This document shows positions 23,701 to 34,916 of a stretch of 64,000 bases of DNA, one piece after another (positions within the stretch are counted from its first letter, which is position 1; every line of letters starts with the position of its first letter). Source of the DNA: Macrostomum lignano (Eukaryota); the NCBI GenBank assembly GCA_002269645.1, contig NIVC01000709.1, positions 62,001 through 126,000 of the forward strand, written 5' to 3'. The notes below the pieces were generated by a model, which worked only from the letters and a program-made list of their open reading frames with translations, had not been told where the DNA came from and did not search any database. The position numbers were made by a program, and so were the translations under genes.

Positions 23701-26700
23701 TATTATTAAAAGTATGATTTGCAATTGTAATAGGGCTGAAAAATTACTGCTTATAAGTTATTCTATCCCTATTTCTATTCCTTAGCCATTTCTGGCTTCG
23801 TAATTCTTAATTTTTCAAATTGATGCGTTAATGCACACGTAGCCTACACCCTAGTAAGTGATACATTAAATTCATCCTAAACTAATCCTATCCTAATAAT
23901 CCTAAAGATGCTCTGCGACTTAACTCAGTCCTGCTGCGACTTACCTCGGCCCTGCTGCGACTTACTCGGTCCTGCTGCGACTTAGCTCGCCCTCGGTGCG
24001 ACTTAGCTCTCGCTCGGTGCGACTTAGCTCGCCCTCGGTGCGACTTAGCTTGGTCCTGCTGCGACTTAGTGCGACTTAGCTCTCGCTCGGTGCGACTTAG
24101 TTCGCCCTCGGTGCGACTTAGCTCGGTCCTGCTGCGACTTAGCTCGCCCTCGGTGCGACTTAGCTCGGTCCTGCTGCGACTTAGTGCGACTTAGCTCTCG
24201 CTCGGTGCGACTTATTTTGCCCTTGGTGCGACTTAGCTCGCCCTTAGTGTGACTTAGCTCTCGCTCGGTGCGACTTAGTTCGCCCTCGATGCGACTTAGC
24301 TCGGTCCTGCTGCGACTTAGCTTGCCCTCGGTGCGACTTAGCTCGCCCTCGGTGCGACTTACCTTGTCTTCAGTGCTGCAACTTACAGCACTTACAACTC
24401 TTTTTGTGTTTTTCTCTTTCTCTTTGCTCCCTTTTTCTCGTTTTTTCCTTTTCCTTTCCCCTTTTTCGTCTTTTGTTTTTTCGTTTTTTTTGGCGGTTAA
24501 TCAATTTTGCGACTTACTTGGTTGGCCGCCAAATCGGTCGGCCGGATCGGCCGACTCGGCCGACTGTTGCGCATGTATGGGCCTAAACTTACATTGAATA
24601 CAATTTATTGCAAACAAACTCTACAAAATATATGTTGTCAAGAGTAATGAAAGTGATAAATAAATAAACCCTTAAAAATATTGTTAAATATATTGTAGAA
24701 TTATAGTGTAACATTATAAGATAGTTAAAGTTAATAAAATACATTATTATAGCTTTTCTATCATTTTCATTAGAGTCATTTTAGGTCATAATTAAACTTA
24801 CCATTTTAACAAATCATTTTATTAAAAATAAAGTTTAGGAAAATTGCATTTTACTCAGCTTCTATTGAAGCATTTTGGAAAATTCTTTTTCCTGCATACA
24901 CACTGCATCCGCAATAATACATATTTTAGTGTAATTTCATTGTTCTTTGTTGCCTTATAAGCCTACAAGAAGCATTTGATTTGGATGCTGGGTTCATATT
25001 TTGTGGTACCATTTTCCCCCAATTTTTAAATCTAAATATAGGTAAATTACATACACTAATACTATGCAAGTTAATATTTAAATGAAAGAAAACAACTTGA
25101 AGATTATTTTGCAACAAAGAATTAGCAGTATATTTACTTTTAGAAAAGGATGTTTGCTGGCAAACTTTGCACTTTAAATAAGTATGAATCTTTGCAAGTT
25201 AAGTGGTTTTAGAGAAACTCAGAAATCCTTTAAAATACTTCAGCTTTTTGAATAAAATAAAAAGTAAAACACAGATTACTTTCTGTTTTGTAAGTAGTAA
25301 AATATGAGCCTTCTTAAATGTCTAAAAGTCTTAAAAACTTTTGTTTAATTATGAAAAAAGTGAAACAAAAATGTGAATCAGTTAACTTAGACTTTTAAAA
25401 TGCTTTTTTTGTGGTTTTTACTCATTTATTAAATAATGCAAAGCATAAAAACAATAGTTTTTATCCAGAAATTTTTTAAAGACTTAAAGTCCAAATTGAC
25501 CATTATGATTTTTTGTATCCCTAGGCTCATTTCTATCCTCTGAGATGATCTTGCTACTGTCACCAAAAATGTCAAAAGGCCAAACTTCTCTCTTTAAATC
25601 TCAATTGCTACTACCAAAGTAGTGTTCTGCTGTAACTATGGCTATGGCTATGGGATCTTATGGCAAATATGGTAAAATAAGTGCCTATGGCAACTATGGA
25701 TATGCCTATAGTAGCAATGTTGGGCACCAGTCCATTAATAAGTATTAATAAGCATTAAGATTTTTCATTAAAGTTAATAGACTGCCATTAATGGATTAAT
25801 AGACTAATGGATTAACAAATTTGTGTTAATAATTTTGTAAGTTAATAACAAATTCATTGTTAATGTTAATGGCAATGTTAATGACCAGAGATGCAAAGAA
25901 AGAACAAAAATATAAGTCTAAAAAGAAGTTACAACATTATGAATATGTTTGAATTTACCTACATGCCTGATTAATCTCTTTAATAATGCATTAAAATTGT
26001 GAACTTTATTGCTTGTGTGTAAGCATCAATTGCTTTTATTCACTTCTTTCCCAATCTTTTGTAACTTTCTGCTGTACATCTGCTAATGCTACTGAAACAG
26101 CCTTCCTATTTGTATTTTATTATTAAGTATTTAGCTTTCAAGTTTCAAATAAGAAAGTTAATTATTTTACAATATGTTTACTTTTGGTAGTATTATATAT
26201 ACAAGTTTTTTAACTTATTATTTATCACTTTTAAGCTTTTAAATTGCTTAGATGATCTTTGTGTTTCACTAAAAAGATGGAAAAGCAAAGACAGTACATT
26301 GTAAAGTCTGTTTTGTAAAAAAGTGTTAGATTTCTGTATTTTCTGTGTTAACTTTAATGGATTAATGCTTATTAACAATTATAAATTAACTTTTAGTTAC
26401 CTTAACAAAATTAAGAGTTAATAAGTTAGGATTTTTTTGTTTTAATGCTAACACTTTTGCCATTAATAGAAGTTAAGATTTTCATTAATGGTGGTTGTGC
26501 AGGGCCCCTCCCAATTTTTTTATAAAATAGTCACCATTTAGTCAATTTGAATTCACGCCAAAACTAAGAAACATATTTTGTTTTAATACTCGTATTTTCT
26601 ATAATATTTTGCACTAACAAATTTTTGTTTAAAACTGTAGCAAATTTTAGTATAAATAGAAGCAAATTTGGCAGAGGAAGAACCAACCTCGCGCACCGCG

Positions 26701-29700
26701 GTTCACTAACAAAATAGTTGATAACAAATAGTAAGAGTTCCGAGAAAATAAGAATTGAAGTTCTAAGTGTTTTCTGTGTTGGTTCTTTTTAAGAAGTAAG
26801 AGTGAAATAGACTAAAGCGTATACAGTATATATACTATTGAGAAGCAGCAGCATTGAGTAGTAAGAGAATACGAAGTAGTTCTTATGTAATAAGTGTAAG
26901 AATAACCGGAGGCTGTGACCCTCTGATCTCGGTAACGCCCAAGGACTTGCAAAGTACATGAAATACATTTACCAGTATAGCCGATAGACCACTCAGGCCA
27001 GAATAATAATAAACGCTACCAGAACAATAGAAACGCTACCGGAATAACAAGAGAACGATAACAATTGTAAGGGCTAAAGAATATTCTAAGAACGATATAC
27101 TCAGAATAAATACTCAGACTGAATACTCAGACTAAATACTCAGACTGAATACTCAGACTAAATACTCAGACTAAATACTAAGATATATACTCAGATCAAT
27201 TCTAAGAAACATTTCTCGGATTATTCTAAGATTGATAAACTCATAATTTATTAATAGGATAATCCTGGTGGCAGCTACCAACTTAAAAGATTAGTTTAGC
27301 CCCTAGTACAACTTTAGTGACAGCTGTGGAATTATTATTAGAGACAGAAGTAACCCCTACCACAATTTGGTAACAGCAGTGGGATATTATTAAGAAGAAA
27401 GAATCACCCTGGTTACAACTTTGGTGGCATTTAGTAGGATTCTCAGTGCACAGGAAACACGCCTAGTACAACTTGGCGGCATAACGGTGGAATTCTTATA
27501 GAGAGCCAAAAGGCCTGTTACATGCCTAACACTGTATAGTAGATACTGCTCTTATCCTTGACTATGGAGATGTGGTAGTTGTTGTCATATTCAGTAGATT
27601 TCCATAGCCATAGTTATTAATTAAAAAAAATATTAGAAATAGGTAGAATAAAACAAAGATACTTTGGTAAACTAAATTAGAGACTTATAAACTTATAGAT
27701 TATACCTAATAAAGTACAATAAAACATTAGCAAACTCTAACTTTTATCAATGTGAAAAAGTTTAGCGTTAGTACCTTCAGTAGTTATTAAAATTGTTATA
27801 CTAAAAAAGATAAAATATAATCTCTCAAAGGCAATCAAGTGTTTGTTTTATTTCCATCTTTATTTGCAGTTGTTTGAGCACCAGGTTATCTTCTCAATTC
27901 AAAATAGTTTGTTTCCTAGACTTATTGTTAAAACTATGCAGCTATGGCTATAGAAATTATAAGAATATGGTAATATTGAGTTCTTTATGGCTACTGAATA
28001 TAGAGAATTGGAAGCCATAGTTTTGCTTATGGCTATAGCTGACACATAGACCCCCCTTATAGCAGAACACTACCAAAGGTTGTTCTACTAGTTCCTAATG
28101 TTTATAATTTTATAGATATTGCATGAATATGCATATATGCTTCTGGTAGCATGTATTGTTATGCCTTTATATCCAGGCTTAACAACAAGTAATTCTTCTG
28201 CGGCTGCATACCAACTAGCTGTAGAATTCATTATTTATCTATTGGTAGTGACTATATTTATCTGCTGGCCCAAGCAGTCCTATGGCATTATCCTATTCCT
28301 ATATTTATATTTTACTCTTATAAAGGGTTTTTCTGTTAGTCCTAGGTATTCTTGGGTTCTTTGATTTTTTTACTCTGATTCAAATAGAATATTTGGTTGA
28401 TTTGATATCTCTACCAGAAAGTGGATATGATATTAAACCATAAAAAGAGTAGACATGGTAGAGTAAGTATAGTAAAGAGAGTGTAAAGAGAGTATGTATA
28501 AATATTATGAGAGTTTTGGCTATCTAGTTCTTATACTAAATATACTATTATCAATGATCCTAGTATTGAGATAAGATATCTAGCTGAAGTTTATTTTAGA
28601 CTTATTGATATGCCCTATAGTAAAGCTACTAATGCACACTAGAAAATGATAATGCCATACTTAAGAAGGTGGCCTTTGCTGTAGAAAATCTAAATCTAGA
28701 TTTTTGGCATCAGAGGCCATTCTGACAACTTCATTTTCCCCAATGCCAGTTGCCATTTAAAAAAATGATTTTGTAAATATAATAAAAGTGCCATATGAAT
28801 CAATATGATGGAATTAGTTTTTTTTGGTTGCAGCATATACTGTATAGCAAATCTTAGAGTTGAGAGAAAAAAATTCTGCTTTTCAAACATAGCCTTGGAA
28901 ACATCCTCGAGAATTTGGCTAGGCCTAGTTGCCAATGGGCAACCAAAAATAGCCATTGGCAACTGGATTTTGAGCCTTAAGGGCCAGCTGGCAACTGGAT
29001 TTTGAGCCCTAAGGGCCAAATGGCAACTGGATTTCCAACCTTAAAAAAACCTAGTCTATATCTATATATTCTGTCTAAAAAACCTCCATATGTTGCTTCA
29101 ATGACCAACCAATGCCTAATGATAATTATCATCTTAATTACCTTAGGAACTGCAATTGGCAAGTCTGGAAATGGAATCGTGGAGCCAATTAAGCCAAAAC
29201 TGAAAATTGGTACTGAAGGTGTAAGTCAACTTTTTATTACTTCAAATTTAATAGGCTTGTATTCATGAGCTCAATTGTCCCTAACGTTTTTAATGCTTAG
29301 CCTGAAATAATGATGAGTTTGAGTTTCTCTGATCAAAAAACTGAAAGATTACTGCTTGAAATGGCTTGACTTGAGCACAAAGTGCCCTAGCTAAGCTTGG
29401 CGCTCAACTTGGGACTTGCCAAATTCCCCTGCCTGGCTCAGTGTGCAGTGCACTTCATGACCCTAAAAAATTAATAATGCAGCTACAATGCGTCACCCCC
29501 AAAATCACCTGAAGATGGGCTTCAAAGAGTCTGAGCGCCTCTGCTCGGGCTGGTGGATGGACGCCTTCAACCGAGCGGCCGGCGCCTCCGCCTCGCCCGC
29601 AACAGCCACTGCCGCACAGGCAACCGCGGCGCCCGTTCTGGGCCGGCCCTACGGCACGGCCTTCTCCGCGGCCAGCGCCGTCCTTTGCGACGGCCGCGAG

Positions 29701-30066
29701 CAGCCGTCGGGTGCAGCCCCGTCGCCGGCAGAGCTCCCGGTGCCAGCTCATCTGCCGCGGACACCGTCGGACGCGGATCTGCTGGCGGCCTGTGGCGGTC
29801 GCACGGCTCACTGCGCCGCCAGATTCGGCTTGAGTCTGTCGGGCAAACTCGCCCGGGTTCGAGCTCAGGACCTCCAGACAGGCGGCAGCGACTCGACGAC
29901 CGAATCAGCGGGAGCAGCTGTCGAATCAACGAAAAAGAGTAAAAAGGCGAAAAAGCGAAGGCGCGAGAAAGAGGCGGAACTGGAGACCCCCAGCGGCTCA
30001 GTTGTCAAAGCGGTTAAGATGAAGCGGAAACGAACTCGAACTCCTGACAGAGAAGAAGCTGAGTGA
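17717..30066 (+). CDS. GPATCH4: G-patch domain protein 4 homolog, 3 exons, 11.4-kb first intron
   Basis: Exons 17717-17765, 29147-29220 and 29515-30066 (phases 1,0). They splice to MSGIGSTLLKKMGWKEG|TAIGKSGNGIVEPIKPKLKIGTEG|MGFKESERLCSGWWMDAFNRAA, a G-patch followed by the WW..FN motif typical of GPATCH4, with a Lys-rich C-terminus. Confidence 0.82.
19459..23563 (+). pseudogene. hAT transposase gene (ZNF862-like) with N-terminal signal-peptide/LTD-like module; disrupted copy
   Basis: ATG at 19459 follows a 5'UTR intron (19364-19457). A phase-2 intron 21047-21177 (GTAAGT...TTGCAG) joins the upstream frame to the transposase. Motifs: QCWIC...LQEHSSNTLH (TTF-type zinc finger), SIVLDTTSD, GVTTDGASVM, HCAAHKLEL, RWVAS, SSAEAKRGFS. 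Lesions: frameshifts at ~20185, ~21567 and ~21960, TAA at 20373-75, and the catalytic E replaced by K at 23309. Confidence 0.85.
23914..24365. repeat. Subterminal ~21-bp tandem array inside the hAT right end
   Basis: Unit tgcgacttagctcgccctcgg with an invariant TGCGACTTA core, about 20+ copies. Confidence 0.92.
26895..27522 (+). mobile_element. Degenerate LTR-like remnant with 13-bp tandem repeat and PBS-like repeats
   Basis: TGTAAG start and TTACA end without TSD; aatactcagact(a/g) repeats at ~27100-27190; several tggtggcagc-like motifs at 27265-27500. Confidence 0.4.
28958..29035. repeat. 32-bp tandem duplication (~2.5 copies)
   Basis: ggcaactggattttgagcc(t/c)taagggcca repeated. Confidence 0.75.
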
Positions 30067-30564
30067 CATGACTTGCGTGTAGACTGTAGAGTTTCATAAT
30101 TCATACCATACGACCATACATGTGGGTTGGCTGCTGTCAGTCTTAATAAACCGTTACGCTTCCAGTGTATTGCAAGTGACAGGTTAATTAAAAATGAGAA
30201 CTCAGAAATCGGAAAGATTGTCATTTAATTATCAAGTCAAGAGGAACGTCTGGGCGAATGTCTTTATTTGGCAATTTGTAAGCAAGGAACGCGGTTTAAG
30301 AGTTAAGGCATGGATTGTGCAAGTGCATTTTACAAGGTGGCAGGGGAAATTCGGTTGTCTTAGTTCAGCAGTTCAGCTACAGTTTGGGTTTATCACAAAC
30401 CTGGACGGAAAGGTAATTGTAAAATTTTCACAGCAACACTGAGACCGGCCCGCCCATTGGAGTGGGAAGAGAGCAGGGTAGTCTCAATTTTGCACCTGAA
30501 GTGACGTCATGAAAAATATCTCATTAGCTCAATCGTCAATTCTATAGCCATACTCGTCTGCAGT

Positions 30565-32802
30565 CTAGCTGTACATGTGAGTCTGCATCATGACCTTGAC
30601 GAACTCTTCAACATCGACTGCATTGTCGCCGTTTGTGTCGGCTTCCTGGATCATCTCCTCCAGCTCAGAGTCCGGTATGCGCACTTTGTAGTCACGGCAG
30701 AGCTTCTTCAGGTTGGCCAGGGTCACCTTGCCGGTGCCATCTGCGTTCGGGATGAGGGAGAGGAGGATTTGGACTCGTGATTTTGACTAGCTTGATAAGA
30801 CGTTTTCAGGTTTGAGCATTAAATCCCACCTTCTGAACTTCTGAATATAAAATGCAGCATGTGTGTTGTCCAAGGTTTAATTCAAATGTTCTCAGGCTAA
30901 CGATCGGGTTTCAAGACCATTTCAACTGTCCTTATCTCTTCAATGCGTCTCAAGGGTTTCTGGGCTGAATTTTGTCCAGCGCCCCAGATTGTGCAAAGAA
31001 GCAAATCTTGAGAAAATCAGTTTACAGAAGTCGATAACTTCTACATGTAGCTTTATCTTGCCGGTGCATTTTGCAACGATAACCGGCCTTCCTGCAGAGA
31101 AATTTGCATGATAACGCAACAACCTTTGTTGTTTCAATTCTTACCCAAGTCGAAGTGCTTGAATCCCAGCACGATCTCGTCGTGCAGGTCCCTCACGTCG
31201 CCTTGTCGGTCGATGACAAAGTTTAGAAATGCGTTGAAGTCAGTGGCGCTGGAATGAATTGTTGGGATGGCCCGAATGGACATTATTAACTGCCTTGGGA
31301 ACTCTGCTGGTTCGTTCCACCAAACCAAACCACTCGTCCTTTCTGTGTGCATTCAGTATCTGCACTATACATCAACCTCAATGCACCCAACACCCAAACT
31401 CACACAAGCCCTTTGTTAAGCTCGGTCGCCATCTTGTGCACCTGGTCCATGTCGGTCTTGAAGCCCAGAGCTCGCAGGGCCAGACGGACTTCGGCCAGAC
31501 TCAGATTGCTGCATGGAATGAGCAGGCATTTTTGCAAGCCTATAGCTTCTAACTAGCATGAGCTTAAAATAACTCCGGGCCTCACCCGTCTAGATCTGAG
31601 TCGAACACGTCAAACACGAGCTTGAGGTCGCGAATCTCCTGCGGCGTGAGCTCATCCAGGGCCCGTACCCCAATTTTCATGTTGTGCAGCTCTTTCTCCT
31701 CGACTTCGTGCGTTTTTAACACGTGCAGAAGCTATGGGATGTGGCGTTTTGCATTGTCATTGTCACATGCATTTGCTTTTTTTACAAACTAAAACTGTGC
31801 CTTTGCATAAAACCTGTGTGCGTACTGATTAAAGTGCCGCGGAGCTACATGTACATGTATATGTGGGGGTCACGCTCACCCCGCAACAACTGCGCCGCCA
31901 CCATTGAAATTGCGCTCTAAAAACTAAATGAGAAGTACAAATTTGTATAACCAAAGCTCGACAAATTACAGGCGCTGGACAGTTGTCACTTGTTGGACAT
32001 CGCATCGACCGACCTACAGACAGGGAGAGCCCACCAAGAGACAGGTGCAGTGGTCCCTACGCCACTGTCTCAGGCTTCGGGGTCAACTATGACAACTAAA
32101 GTGCGTAATATGCGATTTTAAAGAGATTTCTTGGCTTGTGATCTGTAAATTGGGGCGGGAGTGTGCTCCTGAGGCTCATTTAATTTGCACTGCCATCAAC
32201 TAAAGTCTATTTTTGGTGATCACACTCAGGGAAACGACAAAACTTGGAGGCCGATCTATTAATAACTTAGTCCTCGAAAAGCATTACCTCGATATGTTCT
32301 ACCTTGTAGTCAGTGATGTCTGTGGTAAAAACCAATTAATAGGCCTCCAAGTTTGTCGTTTCCTGTCCCGAGTATTGAGTAGTCCCTGATCACACTGTAC
32401 ATGATTTTTTGTCACGTTTTATACCAGTCACGTGATTTGATTGCAATTTTTTGTGAAGAAGGATCAGTAAGGATGTTGCAGCAGTAGTGAGTGAAAAACA
32501 AGGGTGAAATTGTTAAAAAATTGAAACCCCATGCTTCTGCAGTGTTCTTTAAATGGTATTTTCAAAGGTGCTATCAAAAGGTGCAATTTATTTCATAGTT
32601 TAGGACAGTGGCTACTTACATTTTCTCCCAGCAGTGGTATGTTTGGTGGCAGCGGCTTGGGCATCAGGACGCTGCCAGAATCTGGTGCACCTCTATCAGC
32701 TTTGGGCAGATCAGAACGCCCAGCAATGCTTGCCTTGTTGCCCAACTTCTTGCTGCCTTTCTTGCCACCCTTTTTACCACCTTTCTTGCCACCTTTTGGC
32801 AT
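30565..32802 (-). CDS. Centrin/caltractin-like EF-hand protein with Lys/Gly-rich N-terminal extension, 5 exons, 237 aa
   Basis: Exons 32802-32620, 31731-31586, 31508-31404, 31248-31145 and 30740-30565; GT-AG, phases 0,2,2,1. Translation includes LTPQEIRDLKLVFDVFDSDLDGNLSLAEVRLALRALGF and FDLDGTGKVTLANLKKL...ELEEMIQEADTNGDNAVDVEEFVKVMMQT, collinear with centrin. Confidence 0.88.
32227..32365. mobile_element. Small MITE-like inverted-repeat element in centrin-like intron 1
   Basis: ggaaacgacaaaacttggaggcc / ggcctccaagtttgtcgtttcc inverted pair. Confidence 0.55.
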
Positions 32803-34079
32803 AGCTTGAGCTGAAACATGTATTCAAACATTTTAAGTGATTTTTATTAAGAAATGTTTACATTGCAAACAATAAAAATAAATATTTCAATGATAGTTCA
32901 ATAAAATTTGAAAATATGACTTTAACTTTCTTTTTTTAACTTTTAACAAAGAGTTAGGCTGTCAGGCCCTATATTTATCTTGTTATTATTATTTCAAACA
33001 AGATATAAAAAAACACTAACAAATATTTATCAATCATCATATTCATAGTACTGAACTATCCATTACATTAATAAGTTCAAAGGAAAAAAGGTAATATAAA
33101 AAACTTTTTATGAGCTTCTATTTTATATATACCTATATACCTATTACCTTGTTGGAATAGGTATACACTGAATTTAGTATAACAAAATTCAGTGTATATA
33201 TATATCAGTATTACTGTACTATTACATATTTGACTGGAAGTCTTTCAAAGCTTGACAGTGTAATTTCATCTAGAAAACATAGCTTTTTAGTTTCTTTACT
33301 ATATGTGAAGTATTTTAAGTATAACTTCTCTTTTAATTGTTTAAGTTTTCCAAGAATCTCATATGATTGATTTATTATGCCCAGCTCATGTCTAATAATA
33401 TATTGATCCACAACATTACAATTACAATACAGATTTTTTTCTTTGTATATTTTTTTAAATTTAGACAAAAAATATTTGAATGGACTAAATATATTTACTA
33501 ATTCTACCTTACATCTGAATTATAATACTTTATTCTTGACATTAATTTAATACATACCTATTTAGCTACAATATAAATAACTTCGAGTATTGTTGATCTA
33601 TTCTAATTACAATACAACAGACAATAGTATGATTGTATAGAGTTCGGTTCTACACTGTACAGATCCAGTAGTTATTATTTTGTGCCTTCTGTGCAAATAT
33701 GCATAATTCAGTAATTATAGGCCTTACTAACTTCATTCTATGTATCCAAGATTTATCCATAAATGAATGGATAAATGAATGAATGAATAAGTTTTCGTAA
33801 GACTACGTTAAAAGGTAATAGAAACGATGAAGCTGCACTAAGAAAAGCTAAGCAAACATCTTTTCATAGGGCAAAAGTAACTTTGCTAAAAAAATCTAAA
33901 ACCATGTTAGCGGTTTTTAAACTAACTATTTGGTTTTGGCATAATGCATTCTACTTTTTGTTTTAAATCTGTTTTTTTTACAACGTAGAGTGTACACGCA
34001 CCGAAGTTTTTAGTATGTTACACAGACACCGTACTATAGTGCCCACTCGAAATGAAAGTCTTCTAAAAACAATTCACGT

Positions 34080-34916
34080 TGTCACGTTATTTGATGTTGG
34101 CCGTGACCCTTAAAAGGGCCGTTTTAGTCCCAAAATAAGTTGAAGTCAACTTAGGCGAAGTGGATGGTGTAGCGGAGCACTTGGCAATAAGGGCAGGAAA
34201 CTGCCGTAGTCGTTTTTATTGTTTAATTCAATATTCAAGTTTGGTTAACGTTAATACAGAACTTATTGTACTTTTGGGACACTGGCGGCTGCAACAATGG
34301 TTTCTTTTTTGAAGATAAGTTGGATGTGAGTTCAAGCGACAGACGAGTGATGTAATGGCGACGTAGCGTAATGATCAATGGCAATGAGTACAGTGAAGGC
34401 AGTGAGACGTAGTAGGCAGATGAGCAGTGGCGAGGTTGGCGTCAGTCGTGGCGTGAGGTAAGGAGGCTCGAGGCAGCCAGACAGAGAGAAGGAAAACAAG
34501 GCTAGACGAGGCTAGGCAAGCCAGACGGGACGGAGGCAAGCCTAAGGAGAGAGAACACAGAACACAAGAACAGGGACGAGCAGGGAGAGCGAGAAGTGAA
34601 ACCCCCCAGCCCGCCAGGCAAAGGTTTAATAAAGGGGCGCAGAGGGGTGGTAGCGCGAAGCACGAGTGGTTCTCATTGGCTGGCGAGAGAACTTAAAATT
34701 ATCGATCGTGCCAATTTTATACGGTCGCGAGAGAGGATAGCAAAATATACAGTGAATTAGAAATTGCCACAAAATCGTTGGGCACTACTACAAGTAAACG
34801 TCGCAATAAACAAATGGAAAAGTTTAGTTGAAACGGTGAAACTGAAGGGTTGAAACTATGGAGAAACAGTAGTCCAACGGCCCTTTTCGGGACCCCCTTA
34901 AACTGACAACGTCACA
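34080..34916. mobile_element. TGT...ACA insertion with 4-bp TSD (ACGT) and imperfect TIRs
   Basis: Flanked by acgt (34076-79 / 34917-20). Ends tgtcacgtt...aaaagggccgtt and the reciprocal aacggccctttt...aacgtcaca. Absent from the homologous copy near 62510. Confidence 0.65.
34168..34792 (-). mobile_element. Solo-LTR-like segment nested in the 34080-34916 insertion
   Basis: TGTAG...CTACA termini. On the minus strand: CCAAT (~34675), TATA-like (~34628) and AATAAA (~34215) in LTR order. No TSD found. Confidence 0.45.

Larger units (their letters stand above)
18729..24579 (+). mobile_element. Full-length hAT-superfamily DNA transposon (5851 bp)
   Basis: Perfect 14-bp TIR CATACATGCGCAAC (18729-18742 / 24566-24579), 8-bp TSD GGCCTAAA (18721-18728 / 24580-24587), subterminal TGCGACTTA motifs at both ends, and an internal transposase. 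Confidence 0.95.
18028..25483. mobile_element. Foldback-like element with ~660-bp inverted arms, interrupted by the hAT element
   Basis: 18028-~18692 aligns as the reverse complement of ~24835-25483 along its length (e.g. gctgagtaaaatgcaattttcc / ggaaaattgcattttactcagc; ttaacttgcatagtattag / ctaatactatgcaagttaa). AT-rich, with many substitutions. Confidence 0.8.

Noticed and set aside
25620-25720. Apparent Gly/Tyr-rich peptide (YGYGYG...)
   Set aside because: Short CTATGG-type repeats also seen at ~27600 and ~27950; no ORF context; most likely a decayed MITE.
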